Assembly: GCA_963819655.1 (NCBI GenBank)
Contig: CAWFXA010000003.1
Span: 512,001 to 576,000 of the forward strand
Direction of reading: 5' to 3'
From: an uncultured Chloroflexia bacterium
GTDB lineage: Bacteria; Chloroflexota; Limnocylindria; Limnocylindrales; CSP1-4
Length of the DNA stretch: 64,000 nt
Shown here: positions 1-10,413 of the stretch, in pieces
How the letters are laid out: each line of letters starts with the position of its first letter
Position numbering within the stretch: position 1 is the stretch's first letter
Made by a program: the position numbers and the translations under genes
The notes under the pieces: model-generated
Database searches by the model: none
The model's input: only the letters and a program-made list of their open reading frames with translations
What the model was told of the DNA's origin: nothing

Positions 1-942
1 CTCCTCGAACTCCTGGGTCGTGTGGCGTTTCCCGCTCAACGGGCTGCGCGTCTTCATCAGGTCGAGCACGTAGTTGCGCCGCTGGACGATCTCGGACGAC
101 GCGGGGACCTCGAGTCGGGATTCCTGGCACACCTCGTCCGATTCGGGGTCTGGCGGCGGGTCGTCGAGGCAGACCTCCTCGGCGTTCCGCATGAGGTCGA
201 ATCTGGTCGGTGACTGCGGGATCGCGGCCAGGATCGCGTACTCGGCGAGCGTCAGGTCCTCGAGCGCCTTGCCGAAGTAGCCCTTGGCGGCCGCTTTGAC
301 GCCGTACGTCTGGTTGCCGTAGAAATTCTGGTTCAGGTAGGCCGTGATGATGTCCTGCTTGCCCTTGTCGCCGGGGTACGCCTCGGTCAGGCGGATCGAC
401 TGGATGATCTCGCGGATCTTGCGCTCGTAGGTCGTGTCGGCGAAGGCCTCGGGCGGCAGGAGCCGTGCGCGGACGAGCTGCTGGGTGATCGTCGATGCGC
501 CTCGCGGCCGGCCCGAGATGGTGTCCAGCCCGGCGCTGACGATGGCCGACGCATCGAACCCCGGGTTCGTCCAGAAGAACTGGTCCTCGATGGCGGTCGT
601 GGCGTCGAGCATCTCGTCGGGGATGGCCGCGAACGACACGACCTCGCGACGGAGGGTGCCGAGACGTGCCAGCTCGACCTCGCCGGTCCGGTCCTTGACG
701 ATCGTCTGCTGCTGGAAGGTCAGGTCCTTGAGGGCGGTCGAGGGGTCGGGCAGGCCCTGGGCGTAGAAGTTGTAGGCAGCCACGGTGAACAACGTCCCGG
801 CGCCGGCCGTGAGGACGGTGACAAGCAGGACGATGATCGGGATGGCGATGAGGATGCGGCGCGCGACGGTTCCGCCACGGCCAGTCGGTCGGCGGTTGAG
901 GGAGCGCCGATGGCGCTGCCGCCTAGCGAGGGTCGTCTGCAT
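1..942 (-). CDS. Class A penicillin-binding protein, N-terminal transglycosylase part (runs off window)
   Basis: Read from ATG 942: MQTTLARRQR..., TM helix, then GT51 motifs AIEDQFF, GASTITQQLVR, RKIREI, YLNQNFYG. Confidence 0.9.
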   Translation of the reverse strand, partial: MQTTLARRQRHRRSLNRRPTGRGGTVARRILIAIPIIVLLVTVLTAGAGTLFTVAAYNFYAQGLPDPSTALKDLTFQQQTIVKDRTGEVELARLGTLRREVVSFAAIPDEMLDATTAIEDQFFWTNPGFDASAIVSAGLDTISGRPRGASTITQQLVRARLLPPEAFADTTYERKIREIIQSIRLTEAYPGDKGKQDIITAYLNQNFYGNQTYGVKAAAKGYFGKALEDLTLAEYAILAAIPQSPTRFDLMRNAEEVCLDDPPPDPESDEVCQESRLEVPASSEIVQRRNYVLDLMKTRSPLSGKRHTTQEFEE

Positions 943-1010
943 CTGAGCCCGCACGATAGCATAGGGTTTGTGAACGACCGTTCGTGGCTGGCCGTCCGCT
1001 TGCAGACGAT

Positions 1011-2330
1011 GTGGCGCACCCGGCTGTGACGGCGACACCCTCCGCCGGAGCGGGCACCGACTTCCTCGCCGAGCTCGAATGGCGCGGCATCCTGCATGCC
1101 ACGACCCCCGGGCTGGCCGATCGACTGGCCACGGGCCGGCCGATCGCCGGGTACATCGGGTTCGATCCCTCGGCCGATTCCCTGCACGTCGGCCACCTCG
1201 TACCGATCTTCGGGCTGCTGCGCCTGCAGCGGGCCGGTGGCCGGCCGATCGCGGTCGTCGGCGGTGGGACGGGGATGATCGGCGACCCGTCCGGCCGGTC
1301 GGCCGAGCGCAACCTGCTCGATCGGGCGACGTTGGAGACGAACCTCGCGGGGATCCGCGGTCAGCTCGAACGCTTCCTCGACTTCACGCCCGGATCGGGC
1401 GGCGCGGTGATGGTCAACAACCTCGATTGGCTCGGCGAGCTGTCGCTCATCGAATTCCTGCGCGACACCGGTAAGCACTTCACCGTGCCGTACATGCTCG
1501 CCAAGGACTCCGTCCAGGTGCGCCTCGAGCGCGGCCTGTCGTTCACGGAGTTCAGCTACATGCTCCTGCAGGCGTACGACTTCTGGTACCTCCACCGCAC
1601 GATGGGCGTCGAGCTGCAGATGGGCGGCGCCGACCAATGGGGCAACATCACGGCCGGTCTCGAGCTCATCCGGCGGACGAGCGGAGTAGGGGATGAGGCC
1701 GCCGAACAGCCGGCGCACGGACTGGCCTACAAGCTGCTGCTCTCACCGTCTGGGTCCAAGTTCGGCAAGAGCGAATCAGGCGAGTCGATCTGGCTGGACC
1801 CGAAGCGGACGACGCCGTTCGCGTTCTACCAGTACTGGCTCAACACCGACGACCGGGATGTCGGCACGTACCTGCGCTGGTTCACGGAGATGGGCCGCGA
1901 GGAGATCGAGGCGCTGGAGCGCGAGGGGGTCGACCGACCCGAGGCACGGGGCGCACAGCGGGCGCTGGCGCGCGACATCACCGCCCGGACCCACGGGGAG
2001 GCCGTCGCCGCGCAGGCCGCGGCCGACGGCGAGGCCCTGTTCTCGAACGCACCTGTCACCGATCCGGACGTGCTGGAGTCGCTGTTCGACTCGACCGGCG
2101 GGTTCACCTTCACCGAGGCGATCCGGGCGGCTGGCGTCGCGGCGCTGCTCGCTGACACTGGCGTCGTGGCATCCCGCGGCGAGGCGCGGCGATTGATCGC
2201 CGGTGGTGGCGTCTCGATCGATGGGACGCGGGTGTCGGATCCTGCGTTCGTCCCGGAGCTGATCGGCGGGGAGTGGCTGGACGTCCGGATCGGCAAGCGG
2301 CGGCGGGCGATCGGCCGCAGGGTGGGCTGA
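1011..2330 (+). CDS. tyrS: Tyrosine--tRNA ligase
   Basis: YIGFDPSADSLHVGH, GGADQWGN, KFGKS motifs and C-terminal S4-like domain; start uncertain (984-1026). Confidence 0.97.
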   Translation: MAHPAVTATPSAGAGTDFLAELEWRGILHATTPGLADRLATGRPIAGYIGFDPSADSLHVGHLVPIFGLLRLQRAGGRPIAVVGGGTGMIGDPSGRSAERNLLDRATLETNLAGIRGQLERFLDFTPGSGGAVMVNNLDWLGELSLIEFLRDTGKHFTVPYMLAKDSVQVRLERGLSFTEFSYMLLQAYDFWYLHRTMGVELQMGGADQWGNITAGLELIRRTSGVGDEAAEQPAHGLAYKLLLSPSGSKFGKSESGESIWLDPKRTTPFAFYQYWLNTDDRDVGTYLRWFTEMGREEIEALEREGVDRPEARGAQRALARDITARTHGEAVAAQAAADGEALFSNAPVTDPDVLESLFDSTGGFTFTEAIRAAGVAALLADTGVVASRGEARRLIAGGGVSIDGTRVSDPAFVPELIGGEWLDVRIGKRRRAIGRRVG

Positions 2331-2332
2331 GG

Positions 2333-3478
2333 CTAAGACCCGGTCGGGGGCTCGATCTCGCGTGCTGCCGCGATGAGTCGATCGTTCTGCTCGGGGCTGC
2401 GGACCGTGAGCCGCAGATGATCGGCGAGCGGGTGGGTGTCCGGGAACGTGCGCGGAACGAGGCCGCGCTGGAGCAGGCCCTCGGCGACCGCCGCGGCGCG
2501 GTCGACCGATCCGAAGTCGACGAGCAGGAAGTTCGTGACCGATGGGCCCACCGACCAGCCTGCCTCCGAGAGAGCGGCCGATAGCCGGGCGCGCTCGGCG
2601 GCGACGCGTTCGACGTTCGTCGCGGCCAGGGTCGGGTCGCGCAGCGCCTCTGTCACCACCGTGACTGACACGGTCGACACCGAACCCGGGGGCCGGATCG
2701 GGTTCATCCGCGCGACCAGTTCCGGTCGCGCGATCCCGAACCCGACGCGGAGACCTGCCAACGCGTAGGCCTTGCTCGCCGTGCGGATCGCGACGACGTT
2801 CGGGTGGTCGAAGCGCAGTGCGGCGAGCGAGCCACCGGCGAACTCCGCGTACGCCTCGTCGATGACTACGATCGGGACGGGTCGGCCGGCCGCCCCGGCG
2901 TCGCCCGCGATCTGTCCGAGCATCGACTGGATCGCGCCGTCTGGCTCGGCGAGGGCCGTCGGGTTGTTGGGCGAGGCCAACCAGAGCAGGGCGGCTTCTC
3001 GGGCGGCGTCCCTGACGGCCGGGAGATCGAGCGCGTAGCCCTCCCCGGCGCCCAGCCGCGGAACGAGGACCGCCTCTGCACCGCGCTGCTCAGTGAGGAC
3101 CCGGAACATCGCATACGTCGGGATCGGCACGATCGCCCGCGAGCCCTCGGCGAGGAACGTCTTGGCGATGACATCGAGGATCTCGTCCGCCCCTGCTCCC
3201 ACGACGATCTCGTCGGTTCCGACGCCGTACCGCTCGGCGGCAGCCTCGACCAGTCGGCGATAGTCGGCGGGCGGGTACTCGGACAGCGATACATGGAACC
3301 GACCGGCCGACATCACGCGCTGCGCCACGTCGGGCGGCACCGGCGCAGTGTTGAGGTCGAATCGGACAACGTCGTCGATGGGCGCGCCGTAGCGAGCGGA
3401 GACCTCCTCGTTCGTGGCTTCCCACGTGTACGACGACGGCTGGTTCGGCGTGGCGAACGTCACGGGCGTCGGGCTCAT
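2333..3478 (-). CDS. hisC: Histidinol-phosphate aminotransferase
   Basis: GAGADEIL, SPNNPT, IDEAY, RTASKAYALAGLRVG PLP motifs; GAGG upstream of ATG 3478. Confidence 0.88.
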   Translation of the reverse strand: MSPTPVTFATPNQPSSYTWEATNEEVSARYGAPIDDVVRFDLNTAPVPPDVAQRVMSAGRFHVSLSEYPPADYRRLVEAAAERYGVGTDEIVVGAGADEILDVIAKTFLAEGSRAIVPIPTYAMFRVLTEQRGAEAVLVPRLGAGEGYALDLPAVRDAAREAALLWLASPNNPTALAEPDGAIQSMLGQIAGDAGAAGRPVPIVVIDEAYAEFAGGSLAALRFDHPNVVAIRTASKAYALAGLRVGFGIARPELVARMNPIRPPGSVSTVSVTVVTEALRDPTLAATNVERVAAERARLSAALSEAGWSVGPSVTNFLLVDFGSVDRAAAVAEGLLQRGLVPRTFPDTHPLADHLRLTVRSPEQNDRLIAAAREIEPPTGS

Positions 3479-3509
3479 CCGGGCGGCGTCCTCGGTGCGG
3501 CAGATGTCG

Positions 3510-3797
3510 CTATCGTGCCATCTTGGCGAGCATCGCCCGGTAGCCGCCCTCACCGTGCTTGAGCCACGACGCGATCCGCGTGATGGTCGCCGTGCTGGCC
3601 CCGGTCAGCCGCGAGATGTCCGCGTAATGGAGACCCTGGTCGAGCATCCGCACGACGGCCCAGCGCTGGCCCATATCGTGCAGCTCACCAAGGGTGCACA
3701 GGTCGCGGAAGAACGAGGCTGCCTCATCCGTGTCGTCGAGTCGAACGATCGCTTCGAGGAGCGCCTCGACGTTCGCGGTCCGCCAATCGTCTGCCAT
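3510..3797 (-). CDS. TrpR-related YerC/YecD regulator (HisR-like)
   Basis: FFRDLCT..EL, TGASTATITR...GEGGY signature; directly upstream of hisC. Confidence 0.92.
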   Translation of the reverse strand: MADDWRTANVEALLEAIVRLDDTDEAASFFRDLCTLGELHDMGQRWAVVRMLDQGLHYADISRLTGASTATITRIASWLKHGEGGYRAMLAKMAR

Positions 3798-3828
3798 GGG
3801 CCTGCTCCCTTGCTCGCACGTCAGCGTT

Positions 3829-3848
3829 GTAGCACGTTAGCACGCTAC
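3829..3848. promoter_or_regulatory. Putative TrpR-family operator overlapping the -10 of yerC-hisC
   Basis: Overlapping TAGCACGTTA / TAGCACGCTA boxes with 8-bp period. Confidence 0.55.
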
Positions 3849-3943
3849 CACGGCGCGCACTGGCACCACCTGGTCGCCAGTCCATGTCGCGCAGCGCGTC
3901 CCACGGCGCTACATTCCGAATGGAGATATCGAGGAGGAACCCG

Positions 3944-4855
3944 ATGAACCGTACGCGCCGCGCGGTCGCGCTCATCGTCGGCTACGCGCTGGTTGCCACG
4001 CTGTCTGCCGTACCGGCCGCCAGCTACAGCCTGACCGCCGGATCCGCGCTCTGCGACCCGGCTCATGAAGGGGCCGTCGAGTTCGAAGGCAGGGGCGCCA
4101 CGCTGCGGGAGAAGGACCTGGCACAGGTCCATGCCGACCTCCCCGCGTCTGCGAAGGGCAAGGCCAAGCCCGGCTTCACGGCGACCGTGCCGGTGTACTT
4201 CCACGTGATAACTGACGGTGCCGCGGGTAACGTCACCGACTCGCAGATCGACGCGCAGATCGGCGTGCTCAACAACACGTTCGGCGGTGGCGAGGGCGGT
4301 GCGGACACCGGGTTCTCGTTCCGGCTCGCTGGGGTCACACGGACGAACAACGCGGCCTGGTTCGCGTCTGCTTCCGGCGGCGCCGAGAGCGCGATGAAGC
4401 AGACACTGCGCCAGGGCGGGACTGACACCCTGAACGTGTACTCGACGAGCGCCGGCGCGTATCTCGGCTGGGCGTACCTCCCGAGCATCACGGACACCAA
4501 CAGGTCGTATCTCGACGGCATCGTGCTCGACTGGGAATCCATCCCCGGCGTCTCCACGACCTATGCCGGCCGGTATGACCTCGGCGAGACACTCACCCAC
4601 GAAGCCGGTCACTGGTTCAACCTCGAGCACACCTTCTTCGGAGGCTGCAACGCGAAGGGCGATTTCGTCGACGACACCCCGCCCCAGAAGACCCCGACCT
4701 CAGGCTGCCCGATCGGCAAGGACACCTGCAAGGCGCCCGGCGTCGATCCGATCCATAACTACATGGACTACTCGTACGACACCTGCTACACGGAGTTCAC
4801 CGACGGCCAGACGCAACGGATGCGCGACGCCTGGCTGTTCTACCGCGCCGCGTAG
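3944..4855 (+). CDS. Secreted M43 zinc metalloprotease (ulilysin/pappalysin-like)
   Basis: Signal peptide, HEAGHWFNLEHTF, NYMDY Met-turn; GAGGAGG RBS. Confidence 0.93.
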   Translation: MNRTRRAVALIVGYALVATLSAVPAASYSLTAGSALCDPAHEGAVEFEGRGATLREKDLAQVHADLPASAKGKAKPGFTATVPVYFHVITDGAAGNVTDSQIDAQIGVLNNTFGGGEGGADTGFSFRLAGVTRTNNAAWFASASGGAESAMKQTLRQGGTDTLNVYSTSAGAYLGWAYLPSITDTNRSYLDGIVLDWESIPGVSTTYAGRYDLGETLTHEAGHWFNLEHTFFGGCNAKGDFVDDTPPQKTPTSGCPIGKDTCKAPGVDPIHNYMDYSYDTCYTEFTDGQTQRMRDAWLFYRAA

Positions 4856-4903
4856 GCGGGCCACCGGTCGCGAGCCGACCCGGCGCTGGCGCTCAACCGA
4901 ACG

Positions 4904-7441
4904 TCAGCGCCGACCCTCGATGGAGCGGCCCAGGAACGTGCCGTCCCAGGTGGCCGTGCCGTCCTCGTCCGCCGTGTAGCGCCATTCGGCGACGATGCGA
5001 TAGGTGAAGTCGCCGGCGGGCCAGCGCACATCGAACTCGGCCTCATCCGTGCCCTGGTACGTGCCGGTCCCGTCCATCGGCTCGCCTTTGACGACCGCGC
5101 AGTCGTCGACCTTGATCGTGTCGACGTAGGCCCCTCCCTCTCCGACGCTGGAGACCTCGAGGCGACCGCCGAAGCGACAGCCGATGGTCAGCGGGTCGAG
5201 GCCGTCCCAGCCGACGTAGTCGGGGTGGGCGAGCAGCTCCAGGTCGAGCGCTCGCGCGCGGAACTCGATCGGGTCGCCGCCGGTCTTGTCGACCGCGAGG
5301 TCGAGGAACGGCGACACCATCTCTCCCGGACAGGACGTGCCCGATTTCGGACGCGCATCGGCGACAAGCAGGTCGATCACGATGTCATCCGGGCAGTCCC
5401 ATCCCCGCCCGAACGTGACGTGCGGTCCGTCCTGGGTCCGGATCAGGTACGCGTCGGTGATGGCCCGATACCGTTCGAAGATCCTGCGGCCGTGCGCGGG
5501 CGGGGTGATCGGGTCACCGGTCGCGGTCAGGATGAGCACCGGGAAACCGGCGGTCGCGGGTGTCGATGGGGGAGGAGCGGCGGCTGCGGGCAGGGGCCAG
5601 GCGTGACACGCGGCGCTCGACAGGTAGACGCTGCCCGTGCGTGACGCGGCGAACAGCGATGACTTGGCGTCCCTCATGAACTGCGACGCGTCGGTCTCCG
5701 AGCCCGCGCTATGGCGGTCCGCGCACGACGCCGCGTAGTACGTGAAATCCGAGATCGCCTCGTAGGCGACGAAGTCGGTCATGCCGCTGTACACGAGGCG
5801 GGCCATGGGAACCCAGTCGCCGCCCTCCGCCGCGCTGAGGGCCCGCAGCGCGAGCATCCTGCCCCCGACGTCGTACATCGCGTTCAGGAGCGTCTCGCGC
5901 ACGGCGTCGTCGGTCAACGGCCAGTCGGTGACGACACCGTCCGTGTCCGCGTAGCTCGCCGAGACCATGTCCTTCTCGACGGTGTTCATGACGTTCGACC
6001 AGACGCTCGCATCGTGGAATCGACAGCCTGCGGTCGCCAGGCAGGTGCCCAGGCTGCGACGCAGCACATCCTCGAAACCCCTGGTCGCCTCGACCCACGC
6101 TGCGTCGGTGGGCTGGGCGATGTCGATCGGCCCGTCGAGGATCAGCGCCTCGAGGTGCTCGGGATGGGCCACCGCATAGCGCTGCGCGACGACCGTGCCG
6201 TAGCTCTCGCCGTACAGGGCGATGCGCTCCACACCCAGGTCGCGCCGGATCGTCTCGATGTCCTCCGCGACGTTGGCGCTTCCATAGTCCGCGAGGCGGG
6301 TTCGATCGACTCCCGTCTCATCGACACATGCGTCAACGAAGTCTTCGATGACCTGCGGCGCCGCGTCGAACCACAGCGATGCCTGGTAGCGCTGACTCGC
6401 GACGGGACAGTCGACGTAGCCCGATTCGCCGACGCCGCGGGCGTCGAACACCACGACGTCGTACGCATCGGTCAGACGGCTGTCGTATGCGGGCGAATCG
6501 GCGTACGCGCTGACACCGCTGATGCCCGGGCCGCCGGTCGCGATGACGAGCGTTCCCCGCGATTCCCTGGTCGCGCGCCGGATGCCGTAGTGCAGCACGG
6601 CTGTCGCCCCGCGCGGGTCATTGGTGACCTGGTCGGCTTGCACGATGATCCAGCGGCAGTCGAGGTCCGCGGCCTGACAGAGGTGGTCGCTCCACAGGTA
6701 CGGGATGTTCGCCGCGGGCGGCACGATCGCGAAGACCGCGAGGAGGGCGATCGCGGGGATGGGCCAGCGTCGATCGCGCTCGCCCGGGTGCGGCTGCCAC
6801 GGATCGGTCGCGTGGATCGCGAGAGCCTCCCGACGCTCGATGTCGCCGACCAGCCAGATCAGCAGCGCCGCCGACAGCGGGAGCGCGAGCCCGCCGACCG
6901 CGCTCACCAGCCAGATGACGCGAGCACCATCGCGGCCCAGAGGCAAGAGCACGCCGAGTGCCCCGATCGCGACGAGGATCATGCCGCCGATCCCGAGCGC
7001 GAAAGCCAGTCGAGCCGTCCGCCTTGCGCCCGCCAGCAGCGGGCCCGGGTCTCCGAACACGGTGAGCGATGCCGCGACGGGTCCCGACCACCGGCGGCCC
7101 ACGACAACGGCCGCGACACCGAGCAGCAGAAGCCCCGCCTGGATCGCCAGCGCGAGCAGCGCGATCGACGCGAGCTCGGGTGTCGTGACGAGGTCCGGGT
7201 CGATCCGCCCGGAGAGGATGGCCGCCGAACGGATCCCGATCGCGCCGAGTGCGAGTCCGGCGAGGCCGATCAGGAATGCGATCCAGCGGAGCATTGCGCC
7301 ACCTCGTGTCGCGCGGCTGACCCGGGGAGGCGCGGGGGGCACGAACGGCTGGAACAACGGCGGCGGCGTGGGTTCGTCGGGCGGCGGCACCGGGTCGGGC
7401 GTCGGCGCGCCCGGCTCCCCGGTCAGGTCATCGCGCGGCAC
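4904..7441 (-). CDS. Membrane-anchored alpha/beta hydrolase (TAP-like peptidase)
   Basis: N-terminal TM helices; GGPG, DARGVG, GESYG, GDPITP, GPH. Confidence 0.85.
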   Translation of the reverse strand: MPRDDLTGEPGAPTPDPVPPPDEPTPPPLFQPFVPPAPPRVSRATRGGAMLRWIAFLIGLAGLALGAIGIRSAAILSGRIDPDLVTTPELASIALLALAIQAGLLLLGVAAVVVGRRWSGPVAASLTVFGDPGPLLAGARRTARLAFALGIGGMILVAIGALGVLLPLGRDGARVIWLVSAVGGLALPLSAALLIWLVGDIERREALAIHATDPWQPHPGERDRRWPIPAIALLAVFAIVPPAANIPYLWSDHLCQAADLDCRWIIVQADQVTNDPRGATAVLHYGIRRATRESRGTLVIATGGPGISGVSAYADSPAYDSRLTDAYDVVVFDARGVGESGYVDCPVASQRYQASLWFDAAPQVIEDFVDACVDETGVDRTRLADYGSANVAEDIETIRRDLGVERIALYGESYGTVVAQRYAVAHPEHLEALILDGPIDIAQPTDAAWVEATRGFEDVLRRSLGTCLATAGCRFHDASVWSNVMNTVEKDMVSASYADTDGVVTDWPLTDDAVRETLLNAMYDVGGRMLALRALSAAEGGDWVPMARLVYSGMTDFVAYEAISDFTYYAASCADRHSAGSETDASQFMRDAKSSLFAASRTGSVYLSSAACHAWPLPAAAAPPPSTPATAGFPVLILTATGDPITPPAHGRRIFERYRAITDAYLIRTQDGPHVTFGRGWDCPDDIVIDLLVADARPKSGTSCPGEMVSPFLDLAVDKTGGDPIEFRARALDLELLAHPDYVGWDGLDPLTIGCRFGGRLEVSSVGEGGAYVDTIKVDDCAVVKGEPMDGTGTYQGTDEAEFDVRWPAGDFTYRIVAEWRYTADEDGTATWDGTFLGRSIEGRR

Positions 7442-7479
7442 GGGCTCACCCCCTCTGCCGGTTCGCTGGGTCGGGTGGG

Positions 7480-9567
7480 TCAGTGCCCCCCGTGCCCGGC
7501 CTCCACTGCCTTGCGATGCTCGGCGATGACCTTGTCCGCGAGGTGGGACGGGACGTCCTCGTAGTGGTCCAGGGTCGCGCTGAAGGTGCCCCGACCCTGG
7601 GCCAGCGAACGCAGTTCCGTGGCGTACGAGAACAGCTCGGCCTGCGGCACATGCGCGGTGATGATCTGGATGCCGCCGTCGCTGTCCATGCCGAGCACGC
7701 GTCCACGCCGGCCGTTGAGGTCCCGGTTCACCTCACCCATGTACGCCTCCGGGATGCGGATCTCGACGAGCATGATGGGCTCGAGGAGTGCCGGCTTCGC
7801 CTGCTGGACGCCGTCCTTGAGCGCCATCGACGCCGCGATCTTGAACGACAGCTCGTTCGAATCGACCGTGTGGAACGACCCGTCATACAGCGTCGCCTTG
7901 AAATCGGATAGTGGGTAGCCGGCGAGGACTCCTTCGGCTGCGGCCTCGCGGATGCCCTTCTCGACGCCGGGAAAGAAACCCTTCGGCACGCTGCCACCGA
8001 CGATCCGTTCCGCGAACTCCACGCCACCGTCCGGGTTCGGCTCGAGCTCGATCCAGACGTCGCCGAACATGCCGTGGCCGCCGGTCTGCTTCTTGTACCG
8101 GCCGTGGACCTTGGTCGTGCCCCGGATCGTCTCCTTGTAGGGGACCTTCGGCGAATGGGTCGCGATGGCCGCACCGAACTTGCGCTTCAGCCGTTCCAGG
8201 ATGACAGAGGTGTGCGCCTCGCCCATGGTCCGCAACACCTGCTCGCCGGTCGCCGTGCGCTCGAGCCGGACCGTCGGATCCTCCTCGAGCAGCCGGGCGA
8301 GGGCAGGACCCATCTTGTCGAGGTCCTGCTTCGACACCGGTTCGATCGCGACGACCAGCGCCGGCGGCGGGAAGTCGAGGGGGAGCAGGCGGAGCGGCTT
8401 CTCCTTCGACCCGAGCGTGTCGCCGGTCTCGGTCACGGACAGCTTGGCGACCGCGCCGATCTCGCCTGCCTTCAGCTCGCCGATCGGTTCCTGTTCCTTG
8501 CCGTGCAGCAGCAGCAGCTGACCGATCCGCTCGTCCTCGTCGCGGGTCGTGTTCCAGACGTGGGCCTGCGAGTGGAGCGTGCCCGACAGCACGCGCACGT
8601 ATGTCAGCCGCCCGACGAACGGGTCGGCGGTCGTCTTGAAGACCCGGACCAGGAGGGGTCCGTTCTCGTCGGCAGGCACCTCCACGGTCGCGCCGGACTT
8701 GTCGAGCGCCTTGACCGGCGCCTCGTCGGCCGGGGAGGGGAGATAACGGGTGAAGGCGTCGAGGAGCGCCCGCAGGCCGATCCCCTTGGCGGCCGACCCC
8801 ACGAGGACCGGCGCGAGGATGCTCTCCTTGACGCCCTTCCTGAGGCACGCCTCGAGCTCCGGGTCCGAGACATCCTCGCCGTCGAGGTACTTGACGAGCA
8901 CGTCGTCGTCCGCCTCGGCAGCCGCCGCGAGGAGCTGATCGCGACGCTTGGCGACCTCATCCGCCAGGTCGTCGGGGATGGGGACCTCGGTCTCCTCCGA
9001 GCCGTCCCATATGTACGCCTTCCGATGGACCAGGTCGACATGGCCCCTGAACGACTCCGCGGAGCCGATCGCGATCTGGAGCGGAGCGATCTTGTCGCCG
9101 AAGACCGACCGCAGGGCATCCAGCGCGGCGGTCGGATCGGCGTTCTCGCGATCGGACTTGTTGATGAAGAAGCACGCCGCGCGTCCAGACGAACGGCCGA
9201 GTGCGACAGCCTGCTCGAGACCGGCCTCGACGCCGGCCGAGGCGTCCATGACGAACAGCGCGCCGTCGACCGCGGCGAAGCCCTCGATCATGTCGGCGAT
9301 GAAGTCGGGGTAGCCCGGTGTGTCGACCAGGGAGATTCGCGTTCCGTCGTACTCGAACGTCCCGACCGCGAGGCTCAGCGACTCCTTGCGCTTCTGCTCC
9401 TCGGGCTCGAAATCGAGGTGCGCTGTCCCGTCGTCGACTCGCCCGAGTCGCGGGATCGCCGCCGCCTTGAACAGCAGCTGCTCGGCGAGCGTCGTCTTGC
9501 CGCCACCGGCGTGGCCGGCCAGGACGACGCTTCGAAGGTGGGGCAGATCGACGCTCTTCATCGTCAT
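7480..9567 (-). CDS. fusA2: Elongation factor G-like protein (EF-G2)
   Basis: GHAGGGKTTL, DTPGY, NKSD, KKQTGGHG, DGSFHTVDS; lacks canonical RGITI/DTPGH. Confidence 0.93.
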   Translation of the reverse strand: MTMKSVDLPHLRSVVLAGHAGGGKTTLAEQLLFKAAAIPRLGRVDDGTAHLDFEPEEQKRKESLSLAVGTFEYDGTRISLVDTPGYPDFIADMIEGFAAVDGALFVMDASAGVEAGLEQAVALGRSSGRAACFFINKSDRENADPTAALDALRSVFGDKIAPLQIAIGSAESFRGHVDLVHRKAYIWDGSEETEVPIPDDLADEVAKRRDQLLAAAAEADDDVLVKYLDGEDVSDPELEACLRKGVKESILAPVLVGSAAKGIGLRALLDAFTRYLPSPADEAPVKALDKSGATVEVPADENGPLLVRVFKTTADPFVGRLTYVRVLSGTLHSQAHVWNTTRDEDERIGQLLLLHGKEQEPIGELKAGEIGAVAKLSVTETGDTLGSKEKPLRLLPLDFPPPALVVAIEPVSKQDLDKMGPALARLLEEDPTVRLERTATGEQVLRTMGEAHTSVILERLKRKFGAAIATHSPKVPYKETIRGTTKVHGRYKKQTGGHGMFGDVWIELEPNPDGGVEFAERIVGGSVPKGFFPGVEKGIREAAAEGVLAGYPLSDFKATLYDGSFHTVDSNELSFKIAASMALKDGVQQAKPALLEPIMLVEIRIPEAYMGEVNRDLNGRRGRVLGMDSDGGIQIITAHVPQAELFSYATELRSLAQGRGTFSATLDHYEDVPSHLADKVIAEHRKAVEAGHGGH

Positions 9568-9660
9568 CGGCTCGACGGTCCTCCTAGGTTGCGAGAGGGT
9601 GCCGGAAGGGCCTCGGAGCGGGGGGTCCGGCCATGATAGTCGGCTATACTCCGGCCCGCG

Positions 9661-10413
9661 ATGTCAGGTCATTCCAAGTGGTCGACGATCAAGCGCCAGA
9701 AGGGCGCCAATGATGCCAAACGGGGGGCCCTCTTCACGAAGGTCGCGCGCGAGATCTCGGTCGCCGCGCGTCTCGGCGGGGGCGACCCGGACGCCAACTA
9801 TCGACTCCGCCTGGCGATCGAGAAGGCCCGCTCGGTCAACATGCCGGCCGACAATATCAAGCGCACGATCGACAAGGCGACCGGCGGCGGCGATGCCGAG
9901 CAGTTCGAAGAGATCGTCTACGAGGGCTACGGTCCGGGCGGCGTGGCGGTCCTCGTCGAGGCCCAGACCGATAACCGCAATCGGACGGCTGCCGAGGTCC
10001 GCTCGATGTTCACGAAGAGCGGCGGTCAGCTGGCCGGATCCGGCGCGGTCGCCTGGCAGTTCGAACCGCGCGGGCTCATCACGGTCGCGCGCAACGGCAT
10101 CGACGCCGACGAGGTGACGCTGACCGCGATCGACGCGGGCGCGGAGGACGTCGACACCGACGACAGCGACGCCATCGAGATCTACACGACGCCGGGCGAC
10201 CTCCAGCGCGTGCGCGCATCGCTCGAGGGGGCTGGCGTGCCGGTCGAGTCCGCCGAGTCGACCATGATCGCCAAGCAGACCGTCGAACTGGATGCGGCCA
10301 AGGCGCGCCAGGCGCTGCGACTCGTGGAGCAGCTCGAGGACCTCGAGGACGTCTCGCGCGTCACGGCCAACTTCGACATCCCCGAAGAGGTCTTCGCCGA
10401 GGTCGCTGGGTGA
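9661..10413 (+). CDS. yebC: YebC/PmpR family protein
   Basis: [30 protein letters not shown]. Confidence 0.97.
   Translation: MSGHSKWSTIKRQKGANDAKRGALFTKVAREISVAARLGGGDPDANYRLRLAIEKARSVNMPADNIKRTIDKATGGGDAEQFEEIVYEGYGPGGVAVLVEAQTDNRNRTAAEVRSMFTKSGGQLAGSGAVAWQFEPRGLITVARNGIDADEVTLTAIDAGAEDVDTDDSDAIEIYTTPGDLQRVRASLEGAGVPVESAESTMIAKQTVELDAAKARQALRLVEQLEDLEDVSRVTANFDIPEEVFAEVAG

Noticed and set aside
7480-9567. EF-G with DTPGY instead of DTPGH as a novelty
   Set aside because: Typical of known EF-G2 paralogs
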